Assembly: GCA_951406725.2 (NCBI GenBank)
Contig: OX597815.1
Span: 95,418,001-95,482,000 of the forward strand
Length of the DNA stretch: 64,000 nt
From: Octopus vulgaris
Lineage: Eukaryota
Direction of reading: 5' to 3'
Shown here one piece after another: positions 38,131 through 52,744 of the stretch. Position 1 is the first letter of the stretch. Each line of letters starts with the position of its first letter. The translations under genes were made by a program, and so were the position numbers. The notes under the pieces were generated by a model. That model saw nothing but the letters and a program-made list of their open reading frames with translations. It was not told the DNA's origin and searched no databases.

Positions 38131-39623
38131 TGTGTGATTGTGTGAATGTGTGTGAATATTTATACATGTACACATATATAATAGTTTTTTGCCCTCGTAT
38201 TTTCTCTTATAATATTGTGTGTAATTTTGTGTGCTTATGCCGCTGGTGAATGTCAATGAAAATACTGTAAATCTCTCTCATTAAACAAAAGAATAAAAAT
38301 CAAAGAAAACTTTTATTCATTTATTTCCTTTGCCATTCTTACCACCGTGAATACGGTAATCCATCGACTGTTCTTTGGTAACGTGTAAACAGTGAAACAT
38401 TTCACACAGTTGCATGTGAAGTAAAAATGAATATTACTGATCATTCATGTAGCATGATCTAGTCCATGTCTACAAATGTTATACCCGGAATTTATACTTA
38501 ATAAAATCATGCCTGCATTTTATTAATTCTTAAACTTCACCAATCCTCACTTAATGTTGCTGCAGAAGAATCGCAACTCTAATACGCGTCTTTAACCCAT
38601 GGAATTAGTAGCAAATTCACAGCTGGTTGAGACAATTTATTTGCTTGACATATGATAAACTTGAACATCATTTAACAGTGAATATATAATGTTCTTATTC
38701 TGCTACTAGAAGGTTTTTAACAGCAATCTGGTCTTGGTAGATATGACACATGATATGTGACAAGTTGGCACTCAATTCAAATAAAATGAAATGTAGATAC
38801 ATGGGAATTAGGAACATGGCTACCTATACATTGAACTGGAAGCTTATCTTTAAGTTGCACGTCGCTTTATCAGTGTCTATAATGATTAGAACCATGTCGA
38901 AAATCTAAGAGGGAGAGAACGAGAGTAAAATCAATACAGTGAACATTTGGGTAAATGTATACTGCATAAAATAAGTAAACGTATCCATATAGATTATTTC
39001 CCTGAACTTCACGCGTTAATCGTGTAGAATTGAAGTATTCTATAACAAAATGAGAAGTGAGGAATCTATATTACTGAATTAAATCTTTAGTTGTTTCCTC
39101 AGACCGTTGACAAAGTAAATAATATTCTAGACAAAACTTAGATAGTAAATGTAATGGCAAATTAACATTGTAGATCTTCAATTAAATACAAATTTAACGA
39201 TGGAATCCTGAAGCGCTAATAAATAATTATCAGAATGGGATTCCACGACTTGATATAAACATTCAAGAATTGTTAGTGAATCAAATTCTAAATTTCACAC
39301 GTATTGTCAACGCACGTTCCGCGTTAATTTGTTAGAGGGTAGGTCATCATTTATTCCAGAAATTATTAGCGTTAGAATTAAGCGTGGCAGTAATGTAATG
39401 ATGTTAAATACATTACAGTAGTTAAGCGTTAGAATGTTATATTCGGCAGAAGCAGTCCGAAATTAAAATAAAGAGTGCCAGAATACAGGTGCGTCTTTTA
39501 GGCATTGAACTGCGCCAATGCGTATTTTAAAGAATCATTCCGTGGTTAGTGGTTATATTTAAACAATGATAGAAATCTGCAAATATATTTTTGACGGATA
39601 TTTGTGCTCATCTTGCTTGTGTT

Positions 39624-39669
39624 AACACAGCGTTTCGGCTGATATACCCCCAGCCTTCATGAGATGTCT
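39624..39669 (-). ncRNA. Decayed minimal hammerhead motif
   Basis: Minus strand: GACAU-CUCAUGA-A-GGCUG(gggguauau)CAGCC-GAAACGCU-GUGUU. Stem II is perfect; core G5 is changed to C and the cleavage site is altered. Confidence 0.55.
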
Positions 39670-39884
39670 TGGGGAATTTCGAACCTGGGTTCTCATTCTT
39701 AAGGTATTTTTCAATGAGTGTTTGATAGTTAAGTGCTACGCATAATTTTAATCTTTTTTTTAATACCTTGACTGTAGGCATTGTGTCTTGAAAACAAAGA
39801 AAAAGGCTGACCTATATTCGTTTTTCTTTTTTTTTTGCTGCTTGGGAAAAATCAATATTTCATATTGTTATTTCATTAATTGGA

Positions 39885-40055
39885 AGGCTGCGAGCTGGCA
39901 GAACCGTTACCACTCCAGATAAAATGCTTCTATATTTTCCGAGAGTTCGAATTCCGCCGCTGTCGATTTTGTCTTTCATCATTTCAGGGTCGATAAAATA
40001 ACTGTCAGGTGAGTACTGAGGGGTCGATGTAATCAAATTCTCACCCACTCAAAAT
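39885..40055 (+). mobile_element. SINE family A copy
   Basis: GCGAGCTGGCAGAACCGTTA...GAGTTCGAATTCCGCC...GTCGATTTTGTCTTTCATC..GGGTCGATAAAATAA. Confidence 0.85.
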
Positions 40056-43000
40056 CTACTATTTTTTTAATTGCATAATTATCCATATGAGACAGAAACA
40101 TTTCTTCATTTTTATTTCTTGAAAACAGAGCTATTAATATTCTTACACTTTTACTTATTATCAGAATTAGCGAATGTTTAAAAAATTTTGTCTTCCCGAT
40201 GAAATAATATATACAGCTATATATCTGTCACCTGAGAGAAAAAGCAAAACTACGACGTTGCTCATCCTGCTAGATCACATATCCTTTGGGGCACACGGTG
40301 GTGTCCCCTAGGCATTACCATGAGATATAGACTTGAAAGTAAAAACAAATCGGCGGAATGGTGAACTCAAAAACAGTTTCGAACTAAACTTTAAATGGTC
40401 GGAGCTGACCTGAGGTTAAGCTACCATAAATTTGTATATCACTTTCAGATAAAATATTGAATATAAATAAATAGACACCTATGCATATACCTTGATATAA
40501 ATTATATCGACCAAAAATCACTGAGATTTCGCTGTTTTAATCAAACAAGATTTGTCAAATCAAGAAAATTTTTGCAATTCAAGTTTGAACTGAAAAAATT
40601 TGGAAAAATTATATATACTATCTATTCAATAACTCCTTAATTGGAAGTCAGTTACTAGTATTGTGTATACGTCTGGATACATCTAAAGGAAGTTATTATT
40701 ACATAACTTTATATATGTCTTTGACGATATCAACATGAGTTATGCCAGATTGCAATATGACAATAAAGACGATTTCAGTAAATAGCTGACTAATAACCCA
40801 AGCTATATTTAGTTAAAGAAATGTAGAATCATTTATTTATCTTTGAGTATGTGTGTATATGTCGTTCATTTGAGCATTTCTTTTACAAAATAGGTGGGGA
40901 AAAACATAATATTCATCGTACACTAAACAACATATTTTCAGATATGTTCTATTTTCAACTTCATACTTATTTCAGTAATACTTTGTTAGTTACATTGGTT
41001 ATAGAATAATTACATCATTCTGCTTTATTATGGTTTTGTGCATCTTTAAGAAATGTGTTGAAGTATATTTTGCATTCCATTCCCGAAATATGTTATTAAA
41101 TATCATATAAATATCCAGAGAGCTCATAATTCTTTTGTAGATCTATTTACAGAATGTCAGTATTATTGGAGCAAAAGAAAAATCATATTTTTACGTTAAG
41201 AATTCAAACGTCACCGATGTAATTTTTTCACCTCCTTCTTCCTGGACTGATTAATTAAGAACCATCCCAAAACTAGATCTTGTTTGTAATGTATTTAGGT
41301 ATTGGCCTGTATTTTATGATAGTGTTGTTTAGTCTTGTGTCAGTGCTAATCAAGCAGACCTATGATCAAATATGTTCAGATATATCTCAATGCGTTGTCC
41401 ATTGTGTTGTACGTATGGGCTATTTTGTTTCAAACTATGTATATATCACTGCAAAGCGCCTTGAAATCCTAAAATTCATTAAAAATCACTTCTTGGAATT
41501 CAGTAATATTCTTCCACCCTTAATTTCTCTCGAGTTAATAATTGCATTGATTTTTCTATTTTAACAGGTCTTGCGTATCTTACATGAAACATCTTATTGC
41601 TAAGCTGATGATACTCTGTCAGTATTTAAGATTATATATATATTATATTTTGATAATTATTACTGTAATTATTGCAGAATAAATGTCGTTAAGTCTACTG
41701 CTTTATCGTTGAAATATTATAACGTTAGTTTCCAATTTGATGAGCCATAGCTAAATTCATCGTTGTATATTTTGTAAATTCCCTGATATAATGTTGTTGC
41801 TGATCATCAATATCTCATAGCCATATATTTATGATCCTAATAAAATGTAAATATATCTTAATTTTTGCGTTTTATAAGTGAGTTGTGAGTGCTAAATATT
41901 AATTGTTACATGACCAAAGATATCTCAGGAACACAAAATAGTATTTTTTTTTTTAATAGATTATGAATATATTTTATAATTGTAGGAATTGCTTATGATT
42001 AGCGGAGAAAAAATGAGATGCATATGTTGGATTTATGTAAATAGTTTGTCAGAATAATTTGTTCTTGAATAGTGCAAATGGGATTTATGCGAATCGTTTG
42101 TCAGAATAATAGTCGTGAAAATGGTAGAGTAATACGTTGTTTGTAATGGCTGTCAAACCAACGTGTCAAAAAGAATACTATATCCATATATCTCATATAA
42201 GAGCTTGGCAAAATCTTGTTTAAGATCATGCGTTTTTATGGTTACGCGAAGGATATATTGATATCATTATATTTTATATGTAAGACGACTTTTATAAAAG
42301 TGGGTTTCCGAAGGTAAACGGTAAATTTATGGTATTTTGAGGTATAAAGTTATCGTAATTCTTCTGGACAGGAATAGTTAAATTCAATTCACTCACTCCT
42401 TATTTGAACCTTGAAGATGAGTATAAATTTTTTGAATTCTACAACGGGAAGAAAAATAAATAAATAAATAAACAGTTTGTTGCTAGGTTTGCGGAATTCT
42501 AAAAGGAATCATGATAAATTATGTGATAATATTGACGGAGAATCTTTCTGTGCTGAAGATTTTGTAATTGTAAATACGGGAGATGATAATCTATTGCTTA
42601 TATATCTGTCTCTGCCTACGCGTTATGGTCATGCGCAGTCATCGTCAGTATTTAGCGCAAACATTCTACAACAGAGTAACAAACGTTAGTTACATTTCGA
42701 TTTAAATCTGATATTTATGATTAATAAGAAAACGAATGTACATATGATAGAATGATATTTTGAAATTGTATCTATTCTATTAACGTAATAATGTACACCA
42801 CACCACAAAATATAGCACTTATTGTCGGCCTTTTCATCCCAATTAGGTTGAGTATACCTATGTCTTTCTTTTAAACCACCACTAGATTCAAATTGGTTAC
42901 TATAGAATTTATCATTTCCTTAAGTGCTTTTTTCTCGTATATTGGCGAAAAGTTTTTGCTAAAACTGTACGGCTGGTTGTTACAGCAACCTGGCAGCTGA

Positions 43001-45124
43001 ATAGAATGAATTTGATTAAAATTACATTTAGAATTTACTGTAATATAACTTAATTGTCACGCCTAACAAATTAATGCTTTTAGTGTGATACTGATGTAAT
43101 ATTCAGGTTTAATGTTAAATAAATTACTAACAAAAATTCCTGCATTTGTCTGCTTGCTGTCCATTGGGGCGGTTTAATATACCATCGCCCCTCTATAAAT
43201 CTCCACCGTTAAAGCGTTTACATAATTTTCTTTTTCCACCATATTTCTTATTCTGTAATCTATTCTGCATTCCCCCATTGCTGATTTATTCCGTCCTCCT
43301 ATTGTTGGTGAGACAATTCCATTTATTCTAACAATCATATTTTGCTTCGATGTGTTAGAAAAGTAGATTTATCCAAAATCTCCGAAGTTTATCATATGAA
43401 ACGGTCACTGGGAAATAAGTGTTAGGTAATTTGCTTATCAGAGAAGTAGTTATTGACACGCACACGCACACCCACACACATACACACACATATACATACC
43501 TACATACATCATTATATATACATATATATCAACGTATATTTTCTCGAAACAGTTGGCGATATGGGGGCTGCATCAGGATGTTATCTTTGGTACTTACGCA
43601 TATGAATGGGTCAATATCAATGTATCGTATGCTATTTATTTCTTGCATACTTTGGATATTATTTCGCGAATTTGAAAGGATATATTCACATGGATATGTT
43701 ACATCACTCATATTGTATATCATGACCTTTCATCGAATTGTTACATATAGATAAACCAACTCGCATTAATGTACATCGAAATATCGTTTCATCGAAGTTT
43801 CACTACTCGCATGTTTTAGATTTAAGCATTCGTTCAACGAACAGCAATATAAATATAGAGCAGATATTCAGCTAACAATATATCGTTTTCACGAACTGCG
43901 ATATGTAAATGTTCAATATAGCCGAGCGTTTTTCACTGGCATGAAATAAATTTACTGGATCTGGATTCATGCCACTAAAATGATTTCACCCAAAAAGTAT
44001 TCCTAATGAACACTAGAAAATGACTATTTCGATGATAATATAAATGGTACACGCTCAGAGATATATGATGATGTATCTGTTATGTCAGAATGAAAAATGC
44101 CGTGTGTTGATATCATCGTAGAAATTATATCAATCGTTGCTCCTGTGCCAAGGTACTGTCGGAATAAGACGGCCGATATGTTAGTCAATATATAATTAAA
44201 TTGTTATGATGGTCCCTTGGATTCCAGTAATTCAGGCAGCAAAGCATGTATTTTCAATGCCACCAGTTGCGAGATGCACTGCTTCGATGTGATCAACCTG
44301 CTTGAGCTTATATTTCTCCAGTTGTAATCAGAGATGATTGATTCTGGTGCTAGAGCGAACGAAAAGAAGCTTCAAGGGATATAATATTTATCCACATAGA
44401 TGTAATGAGAATCAATATTTAACTCAGCGTCCAATGCCAGTACAAATAATGCATGTATTTTTTTCTAGAACCTCTAAAATAATCGCATTTTTCTGGAATC
44501 ACTTGCGTAAGGGAAGAAATATTTGGTTCAAGAAATTCATACTGCTAGAAACGGTAACTTATAACACGTTTGTTTATAAATATACTCTTTGTAATTCATC
44601 TTTACAGTAACTCGGTCTAATTTAAAAATTAAATTCTAAATAGTTAATCCGGGGACAATCAATAAAAAGGCTCTGTCTGGCCGTATACTTAATATTGTTT
44701 GTGCGTGAACTATTTAGTTTGACTTTGCAGTTCGTCGTTCTCACACGACATATCCACATATACCGAATCCTTTCTCAGTAAATTCGCCATTGTTTTGACT
44801 TCTGATACAGTCATACATACATACATGCATGCATACATACATACATAAATGCATACATACATACATACATACATCCGCACACACCCACGTACGTAGGCAC
44901 GCATACGCAAACACACACGGCCTCACTATATCCGTTATGACGACGATTTTTCCAGTTGATTTGATGAACAGAAGAACTTGCTTGTGAAATTAACGTGAGT
45001 GACTATCTCCAGGACACGGCTCACAACCGTGAATCGACCGCACGATCGTAGGATCGTGAGCCCCATACCCTAACCATGCACACATAGACACACATATGCA
45101 TATATTTATGTATGTATGTATATC

Positions 45125-46900
45125 AAAAGTGGCAAGCATCCACTTCCAAGCGCATGCATCGACAAACCTAGTTGCATCGACCCCACTACTGGACAGTCTT
45201 CTATACCCTACATAAGCTTCCTTCCTCTGCTCTCTTAAGGGAACTCACTAGGGCGCTCACACCTAAGCCGTAACTACATGACAGATGGCAAGGAGACCAA
45301 GGCTTGGTTGTAGTTTTAAAGTTGCCAACATCATTTGGGAGTCCTGTTGGAATATTTTCTATATCATAAACTTGATATAACGGTCTCGGTAACGCTGGGT
45401 GGAATAAATTTTGAGCTTATGTAAACGATCCTCATAATTATGCCGTCAATGTTTCGTTTCTGACTGATTAGTGGGTTGTTTCAAAGTTAATATTATTTTG
45501 TTTTATGAAGTAGACTGCAGCGGACAATGGTACTCGAGGTGAGAGCGAACGAAGGTGGAGAAGAGAAGAGAGTCCTTGAGATCCATGGCCACGTCTTGCG
45601 AGACCTCTCGACTTTACTATTGATAAGGGCATTCCAGCTTAATTTATTGTCTAAAATTACTCTTTCTATCTTGGTAGTGTTCTGATATCAAAAGGTTTTC
45701 GCTCCCGAGGAAAGTGTATCCTCTCTACTGAGGTGGAGTGATTCAAATTTATTTTTGTTAATGGCATATCATAGTTATCCACAAATAGGATTGGAGATTA
45801 GTCTGATCATCTACATAGTCGAAAGCCTTCTGAAGGTTTGAGTTATCCACGAAATTTCTAATGCTGCTGAGTTTAATGAGGTGAAGGATGTAAATAATGA
45901 AAAGAATTGAAATTAATTCAGAGCTTTGTGGAACTCCACTGATGACACTTGACGAGCTTGATCGTACATCATCGATCCCCACGTGCTTGGTTGTGTTCGT
46001 CAGAAAACATTTATTCCACTTTAATAGTTTTCCTCGGGCCTCAGTGGTGGATAATTTCGTTAATAGGATGTTGCTCTCAACCTTGTCGAAGGATTACGGA
46101 AGTCAAGACAGATGACCTCTGCATTAAAGCCCTTTGCGAGAGCCTTTAGGTTATCATAAGAATGTTTCTATTGCAGAAATAATGCTGGTTTGGAATAAGT
46201 ACGCTGTTATTTTCCAGGAAGTGAGTTACTCGGGATCTCACCACTCTCTCAAATAATTTGATGACATGAAAGGTGAGTGAAATCGGTCTTTAATTCACTG
46301 GTATCGATTTGTTAATCTTTTTGAAAAGTGGGACAATCGAATGGGATAGGAAATTATAAGAACTTTAATCAGCGTCCAGCGGTTTCCTCGAGAGAATACC
46401 TAAAGAGAATGCTAGCTGATTTCCGCTCACCTTCAGCACTCAAGCAGGGAAACTGTTGGGACCACCAGCTGAGTTGTTTGTATTTTGTTAATGGCTGCTA
46501 TGATACCCGGGGCGCCAATTGATATGTTGGATATGATGTGCTGAGTTATTATTTTACTGATGCTACTCGGTTTAACTGTGTTGGGGGTGGTTGAATGTGG
46601 AGCAGTATTGTTGATATAAATCTCAACCATGTCTTCTGTACCACTATGTAGAGCGTTGTCTTCATATACCAGAATTCCACTGGATGAAACAGCGAATATG
46701 AAGAATGCTTTGGGATTTACTTTGTTTTCTAAACAGGCCACTTCTCTTCCGTTGTACTTTGACTGTCGATGACAGACATCGTGCAGTGTTGAAGATAATG
46801 TTTTTTGCTTAGTAAAGCTATATCTGTAAATATGGGCCTTGCAACTGGGAATACTTGAACTGGTTGATTTTTTGATCAATCTATTTTATTTACTTTATAA
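45125..46900 (-). mobile_element. Decayed CR1/L2-group LINE (RT region)
   Basis: Minus strand: VNPKAFF, a decayed NYRPISL-like motif followed by FHVIKLFERVV (~46310-46240), and VISGVPQSSELISILFIIYI...RNFVDNSNL (decayed GVPQGS and FADD motifs). Confidence 0.8.
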
Positions 46901-49900
46901 ATGTTATACTGTTACCTAGAGCTTGTGCTTAATGCTGGTTATGGACGGTAGTAGAGTGTAGTGTGAACATATATTTGTAACAATGTCCACGAAATCGATC
47001 TATTGATGCTACTTGGCATAATAAAATGAAAGACCAATCAACGAGAGTAATATGTATGTATATATATATATACATATACACATGCATGTGTGTGTGTATG
47101 TATATACAATATATATATACATATTATGTGTATTGTATTATATACGTATACCTCTAAATACATATTTTTGTATGTATGTGTTTATCTGTATATGATTTAT
47201 ATCACACATTTTGATCTATTTAAATCATCGTGATTGGACTGTAATATTTACAGTCTAATTGATAATGTAATGTATAATAGAAAAACGTATTTTGGGTAGT
47301 CAAGCGCAATGATCAAAAATTTTTAGATATCATGATGTGCTATATATATATAACAAAAGGGAATTTCTAAATGTTGAGTTTTCTATCAAAGCTGCTCTTG
47401 GTAAAACAATCAATATATTCAATTTTGCAAATCTCAGACATTCAATATTTGCTTTATTTTTATACATGTCATGCCCCTGCATTAAGTTCAGCCTGATTCT
47501 CCTAGATAACGTATTTGTTCATACGGCTAACCTGCGGATAATAGCATCTCTCTAACTAACTGCTCTATATCACTACTATGATATATCTTTCATGTATATT
47601 TAAAAAATCGTTTTTATATTTCCATTGTTGCAATTTACCGTGTTCCTAATTCAATTGTTATGCACTTATCTACTTTAACAAATAGTGTTGTGTCAGCTAA
47701 TTTAAAGAAAATGAGATAAGTTTTATATTATTATATAAATTTACAGAAATGTAAGAAATTGCAACGAACAAAAGGTATGACGTCCTGGAGTGTAGTTTAG
47801 TGAAGTTTTGTTCATGAGAAGAAATGTGACTGAGTATGTAATCATGTATGATGAATGCAAATGCATGCACGCGTAAGCAATGCAAAATGAATATTCCTCT
47901 CGTACATCACTAGGATGTTGATAAATTTGTAATTTTTATTGATCTATTCAAATAATGTGATTAATGCCTAAGCATGTCGGAACCCGCGTAGAGTAGGTAT
48001 CAATGGTAATATAATAGACAAAAATAAATATAAATATTTGGAGTGAGTCAGTGAAATATAATACATAATTTTATTGAAACTTAATGTAATTAGTTGAGTG
48101 TTACCGCCGGGAACAAGATATTTTGTGCGAACGTCTTCTCAAATTTTGGAGTGTTTCTTTTTAGACAGGATATCTTATTTCCACTGGTAGGAGTTTTTGA
48201 GACTTAGTCTTATAGGGATCTCTACGATGAAGCATAGTGAAATGTTGTGTAAATGCAGCTTGATTTATGTTGAGAGGAGTATAATGGTTTAGAGTCCCAA
48301 TTTGCAACTGGTTATTAATGCAGAGGAGGAATTATGAAAGATGTTTTATTGAGTGTTTCCGTAAGTTTCATATAGCAGGATTTTAAAGGAAATATGCATG
48401 TAAAATTTTAGCCAAGAACCAACCACACAGATTGAGTCATGTCTTTACTAAACATGTAATACAAGTTACAAAATCTCATATTTCTCTGAAGTATACTAAA
48501 CTTTCACTATGTACCTGCTCAATCTGTTGAAAATAGCAAAGAAATCACCCTCAAGTATGACAGTAGTTCAATATTTAAAATATTCAAAATGAAGGCCAGT
48601 TTTTACAGTATGGTCGTACGTACACTATTGTTGTAAAAAGACTGAAGAGTAACGCTTGAACACTTTTCGGAGTTCAACATTTCTGTGAGACCCCAACCTA
48701 TGATTATTATAATGGAACAAATTTAAATAGTGGTGCTGCTTCATAACAGTTGCTATTAAGCTAAAGATGTGGAGATAAAAATGATAATACTCTAGCTAGA
48801 AAGTAAAAGAGCTCTCTTTATTAGGTATGTTGAGGCAAATGTATGTAGAAGAGACATTATATTTGATCTGGAGACGTGATTGCATTAGGTAGAATTAAAT
48901 GTCTTTTTTATGCTTTCTTTCAAAAGTTAGTATTTTGTGACATGCAAATATTCGCATCAAAATTGATGTAACTCAGACACTCTGACACTATTAAGGTCAA
49001 TTATTCTTTGATTTATATACATTGGTTATGGCTTTAATGGATGTTGCTTAACATTTCGTTTAAAATTTATTTTACTATATCTGTGTGTGAGCAATACTAT
49101 AACGTATGGGAAGAAACAGAGCGCTTATATACCTCTTCGTGGTAAAAAATATGGTGAGAAGTGTAACAACATCGTTGCTCGTTAATTTGCTTGAGTAATA
49201 TGTTATAGTTAGATACCTAATATATCAAAAGCAAACTGGTATTTATAGGTGGCAATGTTGCAGCTGAGATATTTTTATTGATGCTTTTTAGCAGGTCAGC
49301 TCTGATTTATTACCACAATAAATGTTTTAGCTATGGCAAACCCGTTGTTTTTACGTATCAATATCTATCGTTTCCATTATGCATTTTTTTTCATTTTCTG
49401 AAAAGAACAGCATATAATTTATGGTAAATTTGTCTTGTGTTTCTAGCAGGTCTACCGCAGAGAAGACAAATAATTACGAAACTATGAAGAGCAGAACCGC
49501 TGGAAAATATTTATGCTTTACATCGTTCAACTTTGCGGAATGTGCAGTGAATTTTAAAATCATTTAAAAAAAAAATTGAGTAAAAGCAGATTTGCGGACG
49601 CCAGAAATTTATAAGATGTGGATTCCCAGTCAGAGAAGTGTGAAACACATTTGCCCGGATTTTGTATCATAAATGTACCTAGCGTTCATTGAATTTTCAA
49701 AGGGTAATCCAGGAAGAAAATGTTGGATGTTGTCTAATGATTAAGGAAATCTTATCTCTTCTTCTGATAAACATTATGACAGACTAGCTATTTTCATTTT
49801 CTTACATGTGTTTATTTTAGGCTATTCAGTTTTCCTTTCAAGCTGCCATATATTTTTCAAGCATGTAATTAATATTATTTTTCAAAAGAAATGTAGTTAG

Positions 49901-52553
49901 ATTCAGATTTTCTATCAGTATGGACAATTCTAATTTTGCCTAGCATTCAATGTTCTTACATTTTAATAACAACAACCTTGTTACAACAAATGTGTTACTC
50001 AATTTCACAAAAAATATTTCTGTGAATAACAACCTTTATTCAGATATTTGATGTTTCACACTTATTACATGAAGGTTCCACACACACTTTCTCTTGTATT
50101 TTAATACTTATGACTTATTAAAAACTAAAATTTAGACTTCATTCGTTCAATTGTAATCTATGCTTCGGTTTTCTTTACTTTTATACTGACTATTCAGTTA
50201 TTTTTCTTCCTTCTAACACGTATGATCTATTTACATTATTGTCGAAAGGCAGAATCAGTAGATCATCGGAAAAAGGGCAAAATATTAACGCATTTAAATT
50301 TCCTGTTTCGCCGACTCCAATATACCACGGAATCAATTTTGAGTCCATTAGATAAATGTTACTACAATGATATTACCAATTTATGCGAATTTTTGTTGCA
50401 TCTAAAACAATTTACCATGTGACAAAATAGGAAATAAAAATTATGCAAAATATTCAAATACCAGCATAAGTCATCAGGTTTTCTTTGTCCTCACATCTTT
50501 CACAGTTCTTTAATACTTCGCGTTATACATAGGAAGATACTTCTCAACTTTTAAAGAGTAAAATCTGGTAAAGAGATGTTTTGCATAAGTTTATTGTGTA
50601 GATGCCATACATATTCACGCTATGTGTGTGTGTGTGTGTGTGTGTTTGTGTGTGTGTGTGCATGAATGTGTACGTGTGGGTGTGCGTGCGTGCATGTGTG
50701 TGTGTTTAGGGACTAAGGAAAGTAGAAGATAATCTTCAGAATCAAGTATTCTCCAAAATGACATGGCAGAAAATTATTTAAAATATTAGAAATATAGTAT
50801 ATGATATTACTAAATATAGTAATGAATCCAAAAGTAATATAATAATGAGGAAGTGTGTTACATTGGTTGAGTGAGCTACGGTATGAAGGGAAGAAATATT
50901 GCCAGAGTTTGACAAGATGCTTGAAGAAAAAATTTGTGTCGTGGTTAATTTATGGATCAAAGATTCATCACAGAAAACAGGCACAGGAAATAGTATTGAG
51001 TGCAGGCTACATGAATTTAAATTTAAAATTAATGACCGAATCTCTCGAAAATTGTGTTTGGAATGAAATTCTCGAAATGGTCGAACTACAACTGTAGTTT
51101 AAGCATAAGGAAGGGCATCAGCAAATTACATGCATTTTAAAAACTCTCCTAGAAGTAATGTTGACAAAAATCGAGGATTATTCACCTTCTCATTAAGAAA
51201 AGTGTAATTTATATACTGGATATTCGACGCATCTTGAAAACCAGACTGCAAGAGGAGCCAAACTGGTAAGGGTGAGTTTGAGTGCGTAATCAAAATGATA
51301 CTTTATGATTTGTTCATAGAGAGATTCTGGATTTCAGTATTTTGGTATATGATCGCACTCCGTCACATTTACGAAAGTAATAGTCATATGTGTTGGAATA
51401 ATCAGCTATTTACATATGAAAACATGCATTTTACTTAGAAAATTAGTATTTTAAAATCTCACGAGAGATATTCAGCAACAGTAATTTTGGAGTTAAGATT
51501 TTTGTCAACATAATATGGCAGCCCAGTTTTAGGACAATTGTTGCTGTAATTTAGTCCCAGGAGACATCGTCTCCAGCTGGCTATACCACACGATCTGTGT
51601 TCGAAAATATAAGTATACAGATCGTGTCGTATAGCAACATTCGTACTGCCATATTAAATCCGTGTATGTTAATAAGAAATTATGATCAAAGACAACCAGT
51701 GGTTTCTCCTCAAATAATCAGATTTCTTGACCTCTAGTGGCTTCAAGCATCATGTTGCTTTAGCCTAAAGATAGAGTACCTTTGTTTTTCGTGTGGTGTT
51801 TTATTCTTCCATTTGTTTATATTTTATTGGATGTTGGCATATTATATTTAATTTTCGTGAATGTAAATATATTTATTGTTTCTTGTGGGGATGAAAAAGT
51901 TCTTTTTGCGTTCTCAATTTGAACTCTGATATAGGAAAAATCTAAGCTATGATTTGCTTCAAGCGTTTGAAAGAAAATTTGATACCATTATTTTATTAAC
52001 TATTAATTTTAACTTTATATAAGCAGAAACATGCTTATAACGAAGTAATTTGAATGTTCTACATAGGGCTTGCATGCAGTAAGGAATTTAGCTCAAGACA
52101 AGCAGTCTGTGTAAAGCTGTTCTACAGGATTGTTAATGTTTCTTTAGTAACAAGAAAAACAAATCAGTATTGTGAGTCTACAAAACACACCAAAACACAC
52201 ATATCGCATTCAGATTTACATGCACATAAACATATATAAACTTCCATTTTTATGCGTGGATTTAGTTTTTCAGCGTTTCAAATTTGTGTGAATATATGCG
52301 TGTATGTAAAAGGTGTGGGGTATGTGAATGTGTGCGTATGCGTGTGCGTTTGTGCATGTGTGTGTTGGCTGAAATATTCCAGTTACTACACCTATCGGCA
52401 ACTTAACATTTTTATTTATTTGAATTTTTTTCTTTTTTTGTTAATTTTTGGTTTCTTAAATATTTTTTTAACCTTTATTTTTGGTGTTTGAATATAAAGA
52501 GGAGGTAAATATTTAGAAGATATCAGTTTTTACAGCAACATCAGCCAAACTAC

Positions 52554-52580
52554 CCCGGTGAAACCGGGAAAACAGCTAGT
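52554..52580 (+). mobile_element. Helitron-type 3' terminus
   Basis: GC-rich hairpin CCCGGT-GAA-ACCGGG (52554-52568), 7 nt upstream of CTAG followed by T (52576-52580). The 5' TC end was not located. Confidence 0.65.
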
Positions 52581-52744
52581 ATATATTTATATATGTATGC
52601 ATGTATGTATAAATATATATGTATAAAGATATATATATACATCATATATATGTGTGTGTATATATGTCATATCTATCTATATATATGTATATATAGATGC
52701 ACACACACAGACACACACACACACATACACATATATATATATAT

